A DNA stretch of 64,000 nt. Source: an uncultured Candidatus Saccharibacteria bacterium (GTDB lineage Bacteria; Patescibacteriota; Minisyncoccia; Phycocordibacterales; CAYSCM01). Made by a program: the position numbers and the translations under genes. The stretch covers positions 29,297 to 93,296 of the forward strand of contig CAYSCM010000003.1 of the NCBI GenBank assembly GCA_964429815.1, read 5' to 3'. How positions within the stretch are numbered: the first letter of the stretch is position 1; each line of letters begins with the position of its first letter. Of the stretch, positions 37,008 through 46,331 are shown piece after piece. The notes under the pieces are model-generated. The model was not told where the DNA came from and made no database searches. It saw only the letters and a program-made list of their open reading frames with translations.

Positions 37008-38818
37008 TGGTAACCTTTCGCCTGGAGCGTGAAGAGACGGGCGTAGACTCCTTTATTAGCGAGCAGTTCGCTATGAGTTCCCAGTTCGGAAACAGTGCCA
37101 TTTTCGAGGATACAAATTTTATTCGCTTGTCGAACGGTCGAAAAACGATGTGAGATGAGGATGACTGTCTTGTCTGCAGGAAGTTTTTCCATTCGTTCAA
37201 AAATGTTTGCCTCTGCTTCGGCATCAATTGAAGCAGTCGGCTCATCGAGAATGAAAATGTTGGGCTGCCGATAAAATGCCCGAGCGAGCGCGAGCTTTTG
37301 CCACTGTCCGATCGAAGGCTCTACACCGCCACTGAACTCTTTGCCGATCATCTGATCGTACCCTTTTTCCCATGACTCGATAAAACTATGCGATTCACTC
37401 CTCTGAGCGGCATCTTTAACGACACTAAATTCCTCGGGGAGAGACGATCGTCCAAGCGCAATGAGTTCTCTCACCGGAAGGGCGTAGTGGGCGTAATCCT
37501 GGAACAAAACGGCGAGGTGATGGTACCAGCTCTCGAGATCTATATCTTTTAAATCGATACCGTCAATAAGAATTCGACCGTCGGTGGGATCATAAAATCT
37601 ACACAGGAGCTTGATGAGGGTGGTTTTGCCCGCCCCGTTCACTCCCACGATCGCAAACTTCTCCCCAGGCTCGATGGTAAATGAAATGTTGTGGAGCACT
37701 GGCTCCTTCGTGTCCGGGTATCGGAAGGTTACATTCTCGAAGCTTATTTGTGGAGTTTTCTCCACGTTAAGCAGCCGGCCGGGATGAGGCTTTTTAATAA
37801 GGTTGGGCATGTTAAGAAATCTAAGGACGTCTGATACAAAAAGACTATCGCCATACTGCCGACCAAAGTTGGCAAAAAGCGATGAGAGCGAAGAGCGGAA
37901 GTTGGCGATGGAAGCAAGGATAAATGTCAATGTCCCTATGTGGAGCTCCCCCTCGACGACTCTTTGTACAAACCACACAATGGCCACACCAATAGCAAGC
38001 TGGGAGAACAGAAGGCTGAAAAAGCTTGACGTCAGCTTTCTTCGCTCCGTCCTCGTCTGTTCTGTTTGAAAGTCATGAAGGAGTTTGTAGACTCGGTTCA
38101 CAAAGTTTCGGATATTTTGAAACAAGCGTAATTCTACCGCTCGCGACACATTGGTGAATTCACTGCGCAAATTCCAGTAATGTCGCCGGTCTTCGGCCTT
38201 ACCTCCATGGATGTCCCAAACATCACGTCCGTATCTGCTTTCTACATAAAGTTCTGGGACCGTAGCGACAACAATAAGAAGGAGGAGCCACCAATTCGAG
38301 ACAGCGAGCACCACGGAAGCAATAGCAACTTCAATGAGGTTCTGGACAATGAATACCTGGCGCCAGGCAAAGTTCTGGATACGGTACGTTCCCCCTTCGC
38401 GGATCTTATTAAACAGATCCTGATAGGAAGGATTCTCGTGTATGGCGACATCTGTATCGCCCAATTTGTGCAATATTAGAAGCTCAAAACGCTCACTGAG
38501 GTAAAAATAAAATATCTTTGTAATGTAATCCTGGAGCTCGAAGAGAAAGCTCGGAAGAATAGAGGCTAGAAAAAATGCAATAACGATGAAAATAAGGCTC
38601 GATGAAAAGACGTGGCTTGCCGTGCTTGCCTGAAGATTGTTAACGAGAAGTGCCAACGATCCCGATTGCATGAAAGGGATCGAGGAGAGCAAAACCGCCA
38701 CGGCAGCAATGGCGAGAACGAGAAAGGGTCGTCCTTTCCACACCAAAGCACTGACCCGGCCAAAGTTTTTGAAAAGCTCAAAAATGCCTGAAAATTTTGA
38801 TGGCTTTTTAGTTTCCAT
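37004..38818 (-). CDS. ABC transporter, fused permease/ATPase (type I exporter)
   Basis: 6-TM N-terminal half. Walker A GVNGAGKTTL, signature FSGGVEPSIGQ, Walker B ILDEPTASID. Confidence 0.88.
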   Translation of the reverse strand: METKKPSKFSGIFELFKNFGRVSALVWKGRPFLVLAIAAVAVLLSSIPFMQSGSLALLVNNLQASTASHVFSSSLIFIVIAFFLASILPSFLFELQDYITKIFYFYLSERFELLILHKLGDTDVAIHENPSYQDLFNKIREGGTYRIQNFAWRQVFIVQNLIEVAIASVVLAVSNWWLLLLIVVATVPELYVESRYGRDVWDIHGGKAEDRRHYWNLRSEFTNVSRAVELRLFQNIRNFVNRVYKLLHDFQTEQTRTERRKLTSSFFSLLFSQLAIGVAIVWFVQRVVEGELHIGTLTFILASIANFRSSLSSLFANFGRQYGDSLFVSDVLRFLNMPNLIKKPHPGRLLNVEKTPQISFENVTFRYPDTKEPVLHNISFTIEPGEKFAIVGVNGAGKTTLIKLLCRFYDPTDGRILIDGIDLKDIDLESWYHHLAVLFQDYAHYALPVRELIALGRSSLPEEFSVVKDAAQRSESHSFIESWEKGYDQMIGKEFSGGVEPSIGQWQKLALARAFYRQPNIFILDEPTASIDAEAEANIFERMEKLPADKTVILISHRFSTVRQANKICILENGTVSELGTHSELLANKGVYARLFTLQAKGYQ

Positions 38819-38825
38819 ACGCTAG

Positions 38826-38897
38826 CGACCCTACCGGGAATCGAACCCGGATTCCGGCCTTGAAAGAGCCGTGTCCTAACCGTTAGACGATAGGGCC
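38826..38897 (-). tRNA. tRNA-Glu (anticodon TTC)
   Basis: Hand-folded cloverleaf: acceptor GGCCCTA/TAGGGTC, anticodon stem CGGCT/GGCCG with loop CTTTCAA, T-arm CCGGG-TTCGATT-CCCGG. Confidence 0.85.
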
Positions 38898-38937
38898 TGA
38901 GAGACCAAAAATAGCACGGATTGCAACATAAAAAAAG

Positions 38938-38960
38938 AAGCCCGCAAGATGCGGGCTATG
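38938..38960 (-). terminator. intrinsic terminator of the PadR-like gene / murF operon
   Basis: On the minus strand: AGCCCGC-atct-GCGGGCT followed by TCTTTTTTTAT. It abuts the stop codon. Confidence 0.55.
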
Positions 38961-39255
38961 CATGTCGTAGCCTGCCCAGCAGGATTCTTTGCTGTGCTCG
39001 ATTCCGGAGTTGCTGGTGAAGACCCGAGCTCGTGAGTCGCACCTGCGATTCGGGCCGTCCGCCGCGTTCTGGCTTTTTGGAATCAACCATTCTCTTTTCG
39101 AGAAAACCCCTCTCGACCAGAACCTCCATCGCTGCGTAGCTTGTACCGACAGACCAACGCCTGTGAGTCGTTTCCTCGAGCTCTCCTATGAGCTCAAACA
39201 TGCTTCTCCAGTAAGTCGTGCACGCATTCAGGAATTCATCTTGAGCCGAGGCCAT
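38956..39255 (-). CDS. winged-helix transcriptional regulator, PadR-like
   Basis: 99 aa. SVGTSYAAMEVLVERGFLEKR...GGRPESQVRLTSSG resembles the PadR recognition helix and wing. GGAG ribosome-binding site. Has its own terminator. Confidence 0.5.
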   Translation of the reverse strand: MASAQDEFLNACTTYWRSMFELIGELEETTHRRWSVGTSYAAMEVLVERGFLEKRMVDSKKPERGGRPESQVRLTSSGLHQQLRNRAQQRILLGRLRHA

Positions 39256-39306
39256 CGAATCACTCCACTATTTTCCATAGCCTAGCGGAAAACTCCAAAA
39301 GCGCAA

Positions 39307-40608
39307 CTAGCGTTTCAGCCACTCCTCTTCTTGGCGTACCAGGACCTCTTTTGGGTCCATGTCGGGTGCCAAGAGAGCAGCGGTCACCTTTTCCAGGCGC
39401 GGCGATTGAGAACCTTTTATAAGGACAATGTCGTTTGGCTCGATTTTGCTAGGAATTTTCTCGATAGCTTCACGCCATGACGGAAATTCGACGACATTCT
39501 CCGGCAAAAATCCCGCAGCGATTGCTGCACGCCCAACGTCACGGGCGCGCACGCCGATGACACAGAGGACATCGACGATTTTTGCCGCTCTTCGTCCAAG
39601 CTCCTCATGTGCTGAAACGGAGTGCGGGCCGAGCTCCATCATATCCCCCAAAATCGCGATCTTTCTCCCGCGTCCTATCTTGATTTCTTTAAGGGTTTGG
39701 AGTGCAACCTCCGCAGCGATCGGGGAGGAATTATACGTATCATCGATGAGCGTCGAGCTGTTCCGCCCAGGAAGGAGCCTCATGCGCCCCGGCGGGGTCA
39801 CTTGCCTTCCGATATCCTGCGCGATATTGACGAGATTTATGCCAACCGCTATGCCCGTTGCGGCCGCAGCAAGCGCGGCTGAAATGTGGCTTTGCCCCAG
39901 CGCCCCGCGCAGCTCGCAAGGTACGCTGTTGCCGCGATATTCGATGCGAAAACCCATGCCGACGGGCTCTCCGTCCTCATAGAGAATGGATTCATGCGAG
40001 CCGCGCACGTGCGCTGCCTCCGACATTCCGTACGTCACGACACTTCCCCGGAAGAGCGCCGCGCTCCCAAGCACGGCCTCATCATCCGCATTGAGGATGA
40101 GGGTGCCCTCGGGAAAGAGCGATTTGACGAGATGCTGTTTTTCGGCCGCGACTGCGTCGGGAGTCTTAAAGAACTCTACATGCACGGGCACGTCGGGAAA
40201 ACGCGTTATTACGACCACTTCGGTGCGCATCCAGCGCGCGATGGCACTTATGTCGCCGGGGCGGTCAGCGCCGACTTCGAGGACGAGCCACTTCGGATAA
40301 TGATTTGGCAAAAGGATGAGCCCAAGGCCCTCAGCGAGGACCCGCAGCCAACGCAAGAAGTCTCTCCAGGCATTTGCCGCGCCCAGGATGGTGAGCGGAA
40401 TGCCTATCTCACTGTTAAAGCTCTTCTCGCTTTTGCGCGTATGGAGATGGCGCGATATGACCGAGTAGATGGCGTCTTTTGTCGAAGTCTTTCCGACGCT
40501 CCCGGTGACAGCGATGATGCGCGGCCTATATTTGCGCAGAACCGCACGCGCTTCAAGCGCGAGAAGAGAAACTAGTACGCCTCGTATAAATTTTCGAAAA
40601 GAGTCCAT
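39307..40608 (-). CDS. murF: UDP-MurNAc-tripeptide--D-Ala-D-Ala ligase
   Basis: RIIAVTGSVGKTSTK (P-loop), DTYNSSP, ILGDMMELG motifs. Confidence 0.88.
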   Translation of the reverse strand: MDSFRKFIRGVLVSLLALEARAVLRKYRPRIIAVTGSVGKTSTKDAIYSVISRHLHTRKSEKSFNSEIGIPLTILGAANAWRDFLRWLRVLAEGLGLILLPNHYPKWLVLEVGADRPGDISAIARWMRTEVVVITRFPDVPVHVEFFKTPDAVAAEKQHLVKSLFPEGTLILNADDEAVLGSAALFRGSVVTYGMSEAAHVRGSHESILYEDGEPVGMGFRIEYRGNSVPCELRGALGQSHISAALAAAATGIAVGINLVNIAQDIGRQVTPPGRMRLLPGRNSSTLIDDTYNSSPIAAEVALQTLKEIKIGRGRKIAILGDMMELGPHSVSAHEELGRRAAKIVDVLCVIGVRARDVGRAAIAAGFLPENVVEFPSWREAIEKIPSKIEPNDIVLIKGSQSPRLEKVTAALLAPDMDPKEVLVRQEEEWLKR

Positions 40609-40611
40609 GGG

Positions 40612-42321
40612 CTAACGATCGGGAGGAATAGCGTAATAGTTAATGAGAAAGTCTGCAATATTCTTAAACGGAAGTGTGAGGGTCTGGGACGCGTAGTTTA
40701 CCCCCTGCGGCTCGAGGGTGAAGAGAAAAACGAGGAATTTTGCATCATAGGCCGGGAAGTAGCCGAAGAACGAGTGGAGGTAGCGATCGTCGTAGTAGCC
40801 TCCACCCGGCTTTGCGATTTGGGCGGTACCGGTCTTAGCCGCTATGGAGTAGTGCTCCTCTTTCACCCTTCCCTGAAGGAGCGACGTATCGACGACCGTG
40901 ACAAGCATGCGGGTAATTTCGTCGGCCGTGTCCTCTTTTATGACCTGCTCGCCTCCCGGAGGGCTCACGGGGTCGACGAGGCCGCTTCGGTAGCGTATCT
41001 CGGTCGCAACATGGGGAGAGGGGAGGCGGCCATGATTGGCGAGGGTCGCGAGCGCACGTGTAATCGCGATCGGCGTGACCGCAATTCCCTGCCCGAAGGA
41101 AGCTGTCGCGTACTCGATATCACGCGGACTCTCTAGGTTCCCGACGATGCCTGCCGCTTCACTCGGGAGATCGATGCCGGTCTCCTCACCGATGCCGAAG
41201 TGCTTCAAGTAATCGGCGAAACGTTTATTCCCGAGCCGCGAAACTACGTATGCCGCACCGGTATTGAGGGACTGATTGAGGACGTCTTGCATCGAGACCG
41301 TGCCGCGGCCCTTTCCGTCGAAGTTGCAGAACGTCTTTTTATCGAGCGTGTCGCACCCTTTATCGAGATACGTGGTTTGTGCCGTCACGACGCCGGCATC
41401 AATTCCGGATGCCATGGTGAGCGGTTTTACGATAGAGCCCATTTCAAAGACCTTGTCGACGAGCGGATTATCGAGGAGGGAGATGTTGCCGACGCTGCCG
41501 TAGTGATTCGGGTCGAACGTCGGATATACTCCCATCGCCACAACGGTACCTGTTTTGGGTTCGATGACGATGCCCCCGGTCTCTGTGCTCTGCCAAGTAT
41601 CGTTCACAGACCGAAGCGTATCTTCAAGTTTCTTCTCGACCGTCGGTTCGATACCGGTCACAATGTCTCCCTCCCCGCGCCCATTGGTTCCTCCAAGTTT
41701 TCGAACGTCCGAGAAAAGCTCGCTGAAAAAACTATCGTAGCCGCCTCCTTTGCGCGCCAAGGTGTCATCGTAATAGCGCTCGAGGCCGTATCGGCCAGAA
41801 AAGGTCATCCCATCATCGTTATACCCGACGAAGCCGACGACACTGCTACCCAATTCCCCCGCTGGGTAATAGCGCCACTTCTCGCGGTATATGGAAACCC
41901 CGGGAAGGTTGAGTGCATCGATCGCGGCGCCATTATCAGCGGAGATCTGGTGAGCCACCTCCTCGTAGGTGTCGTTTTGTTTTTGTGCGCGTGCGAAGAA
42001 TTTTTCCCGATCGAGAGGGATGATCGCGGAGAGTCTTTCGTACACCCCGGCAGGATCGCTCACTTTCTGTGGATTGAGGGAGAGGAGAAAACCGCTCCCG
42101 AGAGTAGCCGCGGCGACCTCGGTGCCATCGTTTGCCGTAAAGTAAATGCTCCCCCGATCGAACAGCGTTTCGGAGGGATTTATGTACTGCCGGTCTTCCT
42201 TGGCTGCATAAACCTCTCCTTGCATGATCTGGAGATAGTAGAGGCGCGCGAGGAGGACCAGCACAAATGCGCACAGCAGAATGCTTATGAAACGCACGCG
42301 CCGCATGAATGCGCCTCTCAT
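40612..42321 (-). CDS. ftsI: penicillin-binding protein, class B transpeptidase (FtsI/PBP3)
   Basis: N-terminal TM; SxxK (GSIVKPLT), SxN (SLNTG) and KTG (KTGTAQ) motifs. Sits in the mraZ-rsmH-ftsL-ftsI-murF context. Confidence 0.88.
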   Translation of the reverse strand: MRGAFMRRVRFISILLCAFVLVLLARLYYLQIMQGEVYAAKEDRQYINPSETLFDRGSIYFTANDGTEVAAATLGSGFLLSLNPQKVSDPAGVYERLSAIIPLDREKFFARAQKQNDTYEEVAHQISADNGAAIDALNLPGVSIYREKWRYYPAGELGSSVVGFVGYNDDGMTFSGRYGLERYYDDTLARKGGGYDSFFSELFSDVRKLGGTNGRGEGDIVTGIEPTVEKKLEDTLRSVNDTWQSTETGGIVIEPKTGTVVAMGVYPTFDPNHYGSVGNISLLDNPLVDKVFEMGSIVKPLTMASGIDAGVVTAQTTYLDKGCDTLDKKTFCNFDGKGRGTVSMQDVLNQSLNTGAAYVVSRLGNKRFADYLKHFGIGEETGIDLPSEAAGIVGNLESPRDIEYATASFGQGIAVTPIAITRALATLANHGRLPSPHVATEIRYRSGLVDPVSPPGGEQVIKEDTADEITRMLVTVVDTSLLQGRVKEEHYSIAAKTGTAQIAKPGGGYYDDRYLHSFFGYFPAYDAKFLVFLFTLEPQGVNYASQTLTLPFKNIADFLINYYAIPPDR

Positions 42322-42344
42322 CTATTTCACTTTACCCTGAAACG

Positions 42345-42662
42345 CTACAAACCGCGCGGCAACGGAAGGGCGCTCGTGAGGAGAGTTTTCCGCGAAGCAA
42401 AGGCGCTTTCCTTCACTGCGACGAAACCGCTCGCAAACGCGACGTCCTGCGTGAGAGCGCTCATTTTCGCTAGATACTCCCCCTCGAATGCTCCCGCGCT
42501 GGCGGTCGCTCTGGCTATGGTTTGCTCTGTTTCTTTCTGGAGGACGACGTGGACTATGGAAAAGGACACGAAATACATGTAGGAGGCTGCAAGGACCCCT
42601 ATAAGCATAAAAAGCATTATGGTGAGCTGTCTTTTGAGGTTGTAGGCTTGTACTGCTGTCAT
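42345..42662 (-). CDS. ftsL: cell division protein FtsL-like (single TM)
   Basis: 105 aa, one TM helix. Located between rsmH and ftsI, overlapping rsmH by 4 nt. Confidence 0.6.
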   Translation of the reverse strand: MTAVQAYNLKRQLTIMLFMLIGVLAASYMYFVSFSIVHVVLQKETEQTIARATASAGAFEGEYLAKMSALTQDVAFASGFVAVKESAFASRKTLLTSALPLPRGL

Positions 42663-43552
42663 GATTTTTCAAAGATTCTAAGTTTGCTACTGCGAGAGCG
42701 GGTGTTCTCTATACGTTCTGTCCCGGTCGGGGTCAGTGGCTTTTTCGTAAGAACCGTCCCCTTCCCTTCCCTCGCCCAATTCCGGAAGGTGTTCTTAACG
42801 ATGCGGTCTTCGGCACTATGGAAAGAGATAAACGCCATCCGTCCATGCCCTGCGAGAGCCTCATAACTTTTTCGCAGTGCTTCCTTAAGAGAGCCGAGCT
42901 CGTCATTTACTGCGATGCGCAAGGCCTGAAACGTTTTGGTTGCGGGGTGAATTTTTCCATGCCGCTTGAGGACGCTTTCTATCACGGCAACCAAATCTGC
43001 CGTCGTCTTAAGTGACCCTCCCTGGCGAGCCTTCACGAGCGCATGCGCAATCTTTCGTGCCGCGCGTTCCTCTCCATAGCCGAAGAGAACGTCCGCGATG
43101 TGCTCCTCTTCCCATGTGTTGACGATATCGCGTGCCGTGAGTGCCTGTGCCTCAGGCGTATCGTCGAAGGTCATGAGGAGCGGTTCGTCTTTTTTGAAGC
43201 TGAATCCCCGTCCGGAATTCTCAAGTTGGTCGGATGAGAGTCCGAGGTCGAAATACGCTTTCGTGAGTTTTTCCACGCCGACCTCTGCCAGCACTCGATC
43301 GAGATTGCGAAAATTTTCCTTTCGCAGCTCGACCCGGCACTCTGCGCCCTGAAGGCGCTTCCGCGTGCGCTCAAGCGCGCTCTGGTCGAGATCGACCCCG
43401 ATAAAGACACCCTTTTCCCCAAGCCGCTTCACTACCGCCTGCGCGTGACCGCCACCATTAACCGTCCCGTCAAAGACGATGTCTTCGGGAACGATCGCAA
43501 GACCTTCTATGAGCTCCTGTAAAAGAACACCTCGATGCACTCCTTCGGACAT
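42659..43552 (-). CDS. rsmH: 16S rRNA (cytosine1402-N4)-methyltransferase
   Basis: HRGVLLQELIEGL...FDGTVNGGGHAQAVV...DLGLSSDQLE is the RsmH/MraW signature. Confidence 0.92.
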   Translation of the reverse strand: MSEGVHRGVLLQELIEGLAIVPEDIVFDGTVNGGGHAQAVVKRLGEKGVFIGVDLDQSALERTRKRLQGAECRVELRKENFRNLDRVLAEVGVEKLTKAYFDLGLSSDQLENSGRGFSFKKDEPLLMTFDDTPEAQALTARDIVNTWEEEHIADVLFGYGEERAARKIAHALVKARQGGSLKTTADLVAVIESVLKRHGKIHPATKTFQALRIAVNDELGSLKEALRKSYEALAGHGRMAFISFHSAEDRIVKNTFRNWAREGKGTVLTKKPLTPTGTERIENTRSRSSKLRIFEKS

Positions 43553-43556
43553 GGCC

Positions 43557-43991
43557 TCATAACACGCCTATCTCTCCAAGCTTCTCCGCCATCTGGTCCG
43601 CCTGACCCTCGATGCGCTTCTTGTAGGTGCGCCATTTCCCTTCGTCCCAGATCTCGACCCGGGCCTGGAGGCCTGCCAGCACAACCCTTTCTTTGAGCGA
43701 GGCGAACTCTTTCTGAAAATCCGGAATAAGAATGCGACCCGCGCTGTCTACCTCGACCTCGACCGCTCCGGAGAGCATGAAGCGATTGAAGCCGCGCGTA
43801 TCGGACTTGGTGAACGACAGCTCCCCGAGCTTTTCGGAGACCTTCGACCATTCTTTCGTCGAATACATGAAGAGACAGTTGTCGAGACCTCTGGTGATGA
43901 CCACTTTGCGCCCCAACTCTTGGCGGAATCTCGCGGGAAGCGAAAGGCGCTTCTTGGGGTCGAGCGTGTGGGTGTATTCGCCGATAAGCAT
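43557..43991 (-). CDS. mraZ: transcriptional regulator MraZ
   Basis: Internal ATG giving MLIGEYTHTLDPKKRLSLPARFR; two tandem MraZ repeats; 144 aa. Confidence 0.9.
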   Translation of the reverse strand: MLIGEYTHTLDPKKRLSLPARFRQELGRKVVITRGLDNCLFMYSTKEWSKVSEKLGELSFTKSDTRGFNRFMLSGAVEVEVDSAGRILIPDFQKEFASLKERVVLAGLQARVEIWDEGKWRTYKKRIEGQADQMAEKLGEIGVL

Positions 43992-44035
43992 CCGTGCCGT
44001 GGCGAGAGCCGGTGGGAAGCGGTCGTTTCCCCGTT

Positions 44036-44102
44036 TCCCACTTTCTCCCACTACAGTGAAATTATATAACACTCTATCCCACCGCTAGGGACTTATCCCC
44101 AC
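44036..44102 (-). promoter_or_regulatory. array of GTGGGA direct repeats (putative MraZ boxes) flanking a TATAAT -10
   Basis: On the mraZ strand: GTGGGGA, GTGGGA, [TTATATAAT], GTGGGAG, GTGGGA. Two boxes are 10 nt apart. They lie 45-110 nt upstream of the mraZ ATG. Confidence 0.45.
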
Positions 44103-44161
44103 TTTTTAGCAAGAAAAAAGGCCGCGTTTTGGCTAAACGTGGGCGTACATGAAAATTTCAC

Positions 44162-45739
44162 CTATGCGCTCACTTCTTTGAGTCGCTCGATAAGAAAATC
44201 CCTTGGCAAAACGGATAGAAACCATCCCGCTTTAGGACCACTTTCTTTTCCGAGGAATGCGAGATAGAGGGCGCTAAAGAGCTCCTTTGGCTCGATTGTG
44301 AGTTTTGACTTTAATTCATGCATATACTCATGTAACTTTTGTCCATCGAGTGCTTCAGTTTGTACGATATATCGTACAATTTCTGCAAGAGCTTCCTTTT
44401 GCTTCGGTGAGAGATTTTTTGCGGCTTCAGACACCGCAACTTTTTGGAGCTCGTACCGATACTTCTCGGGCGCATGTTCGGTAAGCCAGCGGCGCGCATA
44501 GGTCTCTCGCTCCTGCGCTTCCGCCTTGTCTTCGGCGGAAAGTGCAGAGCCCTTCATGGCGGCCACTTCCTCTAAAAGTTTGAGGTGTGGCATCTGCACG
44601 ATAAATGAGACGATCGAAAATCGCGGCCGATAGGCGTTGGGAATACTTTCACGCTCCTTTTCTGGGTGGATGAGCTCAAATAGCCGTGCAAAATCGTCCT
44701 TCTCGCCAGCAAAATATTTCTCTGCAATGGTGTCATGAAGATCGTAGAGCGTCGGGATGGTTTCGCCGTCGGGTTCGAAGTTCACAGCTTGTTTAATATC
44801 CTTCCCGAGAAGCGCTAGGCGAAAAATTTTAGGCGGAACAAGTTCTGCTATTTCTTTTGCAGATGAGCCGGCTCCTTTCGAGGAAGACATTTTCCTCCCG
44901 CCCACGAGGAAAAATTCATAGGAAAATTCGTAGGGTGCATCGAGGCCAAAAACTTCTTTCGCTATTGCTTTGGCAACATCATGCGCGCCACCCTTCCCCA
45001 TATGGTCTTTTCCCGCTCCCTCAACATCAACACCAAGCACCTTCCACTTCGCAGCCCATTCAACCTTAAAGGGAAATTTCGCAACTCCTCCAAAAGGGGC
45101 TATCGTGCCATCGTGGCCGCACCCTTTTGCCCAGGTGACTAGATCGCTCTTACAGCGATACGCTACTTTTTTACCGTTCCAGGCATACACCTCGGTTGTT
45201 CCCACACGTCCGCACTTTTCACAAATGACGGAGAGTGGGTACCATTCATCTCCCTTTTTTGAGCCAGAAACTTCATGATAGATGCGGCGAATGTCGGGAG
45301 CTCTATCGAGTGCCGTTTGAATGAGCTCATCCATTTTTCCGGAAAGGTAAAGCTCACTCACGTTATAAAATGTCGGGCTAAATCCTGCCGTTCGTATCAC
45401 CCCCTTAAACTCGTTGGCAAAGTATTCCGCATAATTTTTTGCCTTGCCGTCCGGAGATGGAATGCGCAGTAGTGGCATGCCCATGTATTTTTTAAATTCG
45501 GCTGGCAAATAGACCGGGAAGCCATCCATGGGGTCCATGTCATTGAATTCGTATTGAAAATTGTTGCGGATACCCCTCTCCCTAAGGACTTCACTCACGG
45601 TACCGTGAATGGCAACGCCCCGCATGGAACCGACATGAACGCGCCCGGAGGGAGTCTTTTCGTCACGAATGAGGAGCTCTCCGCCGCGTGGTCGTACCGA
45701 TTTGACGATGTCTTCCGTTATTCTGTCGGCCCAAAACAT
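44162..45739 (-). CDS. lysK: lysyl-tRNA synthetase, class I (archaeal-type)
   Basis: 525 aa. HIGH-like HVGSMRG, KMSKS as KMSSSKG, and a C-terminal alpha-helical anticodon-binding domain. The architecture matches LysRS-I, not the class II LysS. Confidence 0.8.
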   Translation of the reverse strand: MFWADRITEDIVKSVRPRGGELLIRDEKTPSGRVHVGSMRGVAIHGTVSEVLRERGIRNNFQYEFNDMDPMDGFPVYLPAEFKKYMGMPLLRIPSPDGKAKNYAEYFANEFKGVIRTAGFSPTFYNVSELYLSGKMDELIQTALDRAPDIRRIYHEVSGSKKGDEWYPLSVICEKCGRVGTTEVYAWNGKKVAYRCKSDLVTWAKGCGHDGTIAPFGGVAKFPFKVEWAAKWKVLGVDVEGAGKDHMGKGGAHDVAKAIAKEVFGLDAPYEFSYEFFLVGGRKMSSSKGAGSSAKEIAELVPPKIFRLALLGKDIKQAVNFEPDGETIPTLYDLHDTIAEKYFAGEKDDFARLFELIHPEKERESIPNAYRPRFSIVSFIVQMPHLKLLEEVAAMKGSALSAEDKAEAQERETYARRWLTEHAPEKYRYELQKVAVSEAAKNLSPKQKEALAEIVRYIVQTEALDGQKLHEYMHELKSKLTIEPKELFSALYLAFLGKESGPKAGWFLSVLPRDFLIERLKEVSA

Positions 45740-45770
45740 ACGATGTATGCTACCACGCGGCCTCCGAGCG

Positions 45771-45798
45771 AAAAATCCGCCCTTCGAGGCGGATTTTT
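45771..45798. terminator. bidirectional intrinsic terminator between lysK start region and greA end
   Basis: AAAAATCCGCC-cttcga-GGCGGATTTTT, an 11-bp perfect stem with T-runs. Confidence 0.65.
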
Positions 45799-46260
45799 CT
45801 ACTTTACATCGACGATGGTGTAGTGCTGCTTGCCGTTCGGAGTCGTGAAGTTAAAATCTTGTCCCTTTTTCTTTCCCATGAGCGCCTCACCGAGCGGCGA
45901 GAGGTATGAGATCTTGCGCTCGTGAACGTTGGCTTCTTCAGAGCCTACTATCTTGTACTCGCGGGCCTCGGAATCATCCTGCTTTCGTATCGTGACGATC
46001 GAACCCATCGATACCGTATCGCTTTCTTTGTGCGCGACGATCTTGGCTGATTTGAGAATTCCCTCGAGCTTTTGGATGCGCTCTTCTGTCGCTGCCTGCA
46101 TTTCACGCGCTTCCTGATACTCGGCGTTTTCGGAAAGGTCGCCAAGCGAGCGAGCGTACTCGAGCGACTCCGCAATTTCCTTCCGACGAACCGTCTTGAG
46201 GTTTCCGAGTTCATTCTTAAGCTCCTCAAATTTTTCGCGCGTGAGAAATTCCTCGGTCAT
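45799..46260 (-). CDS. greA: transcription elongation factor GreA
   Basis: N-terminal coiled coil with LSENAEYQEAR, and a C-terminal FKBP-like domain. Confidence 0.92.
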   Translation of the reverse strand: MTEEFLTREKFEELKNELGNLKTVRRKEIAESLEYARSLGDLSENAEYQEAREMQAATEERIQKLEGILKSAKIVAHKESDTVSMGSIVTIRKQDDSEAREYKIVGSEEANVHERKISYLSPLGEALMGKKKGQDFNFTTPNGKQHYTIVDVK

Positions 46261-46296
46261 AGGTGGTACCTAAGTGTACCTGTGCTCTCACTTCTG

Positions 46297-46331
46297 TCAA
46301 CAAACAGAAACCGCCCGAACGGAGCGGTTTC
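46297..46331 (-). terminator. minus-oriented intrinsic terminator 40 nt upstream of the greA start
   Basis: On the minus strand: GAAACCGC-(9-nt loop)-GCGGTTTC followed by TGTTTGTTGA. Confidence 0.55.
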
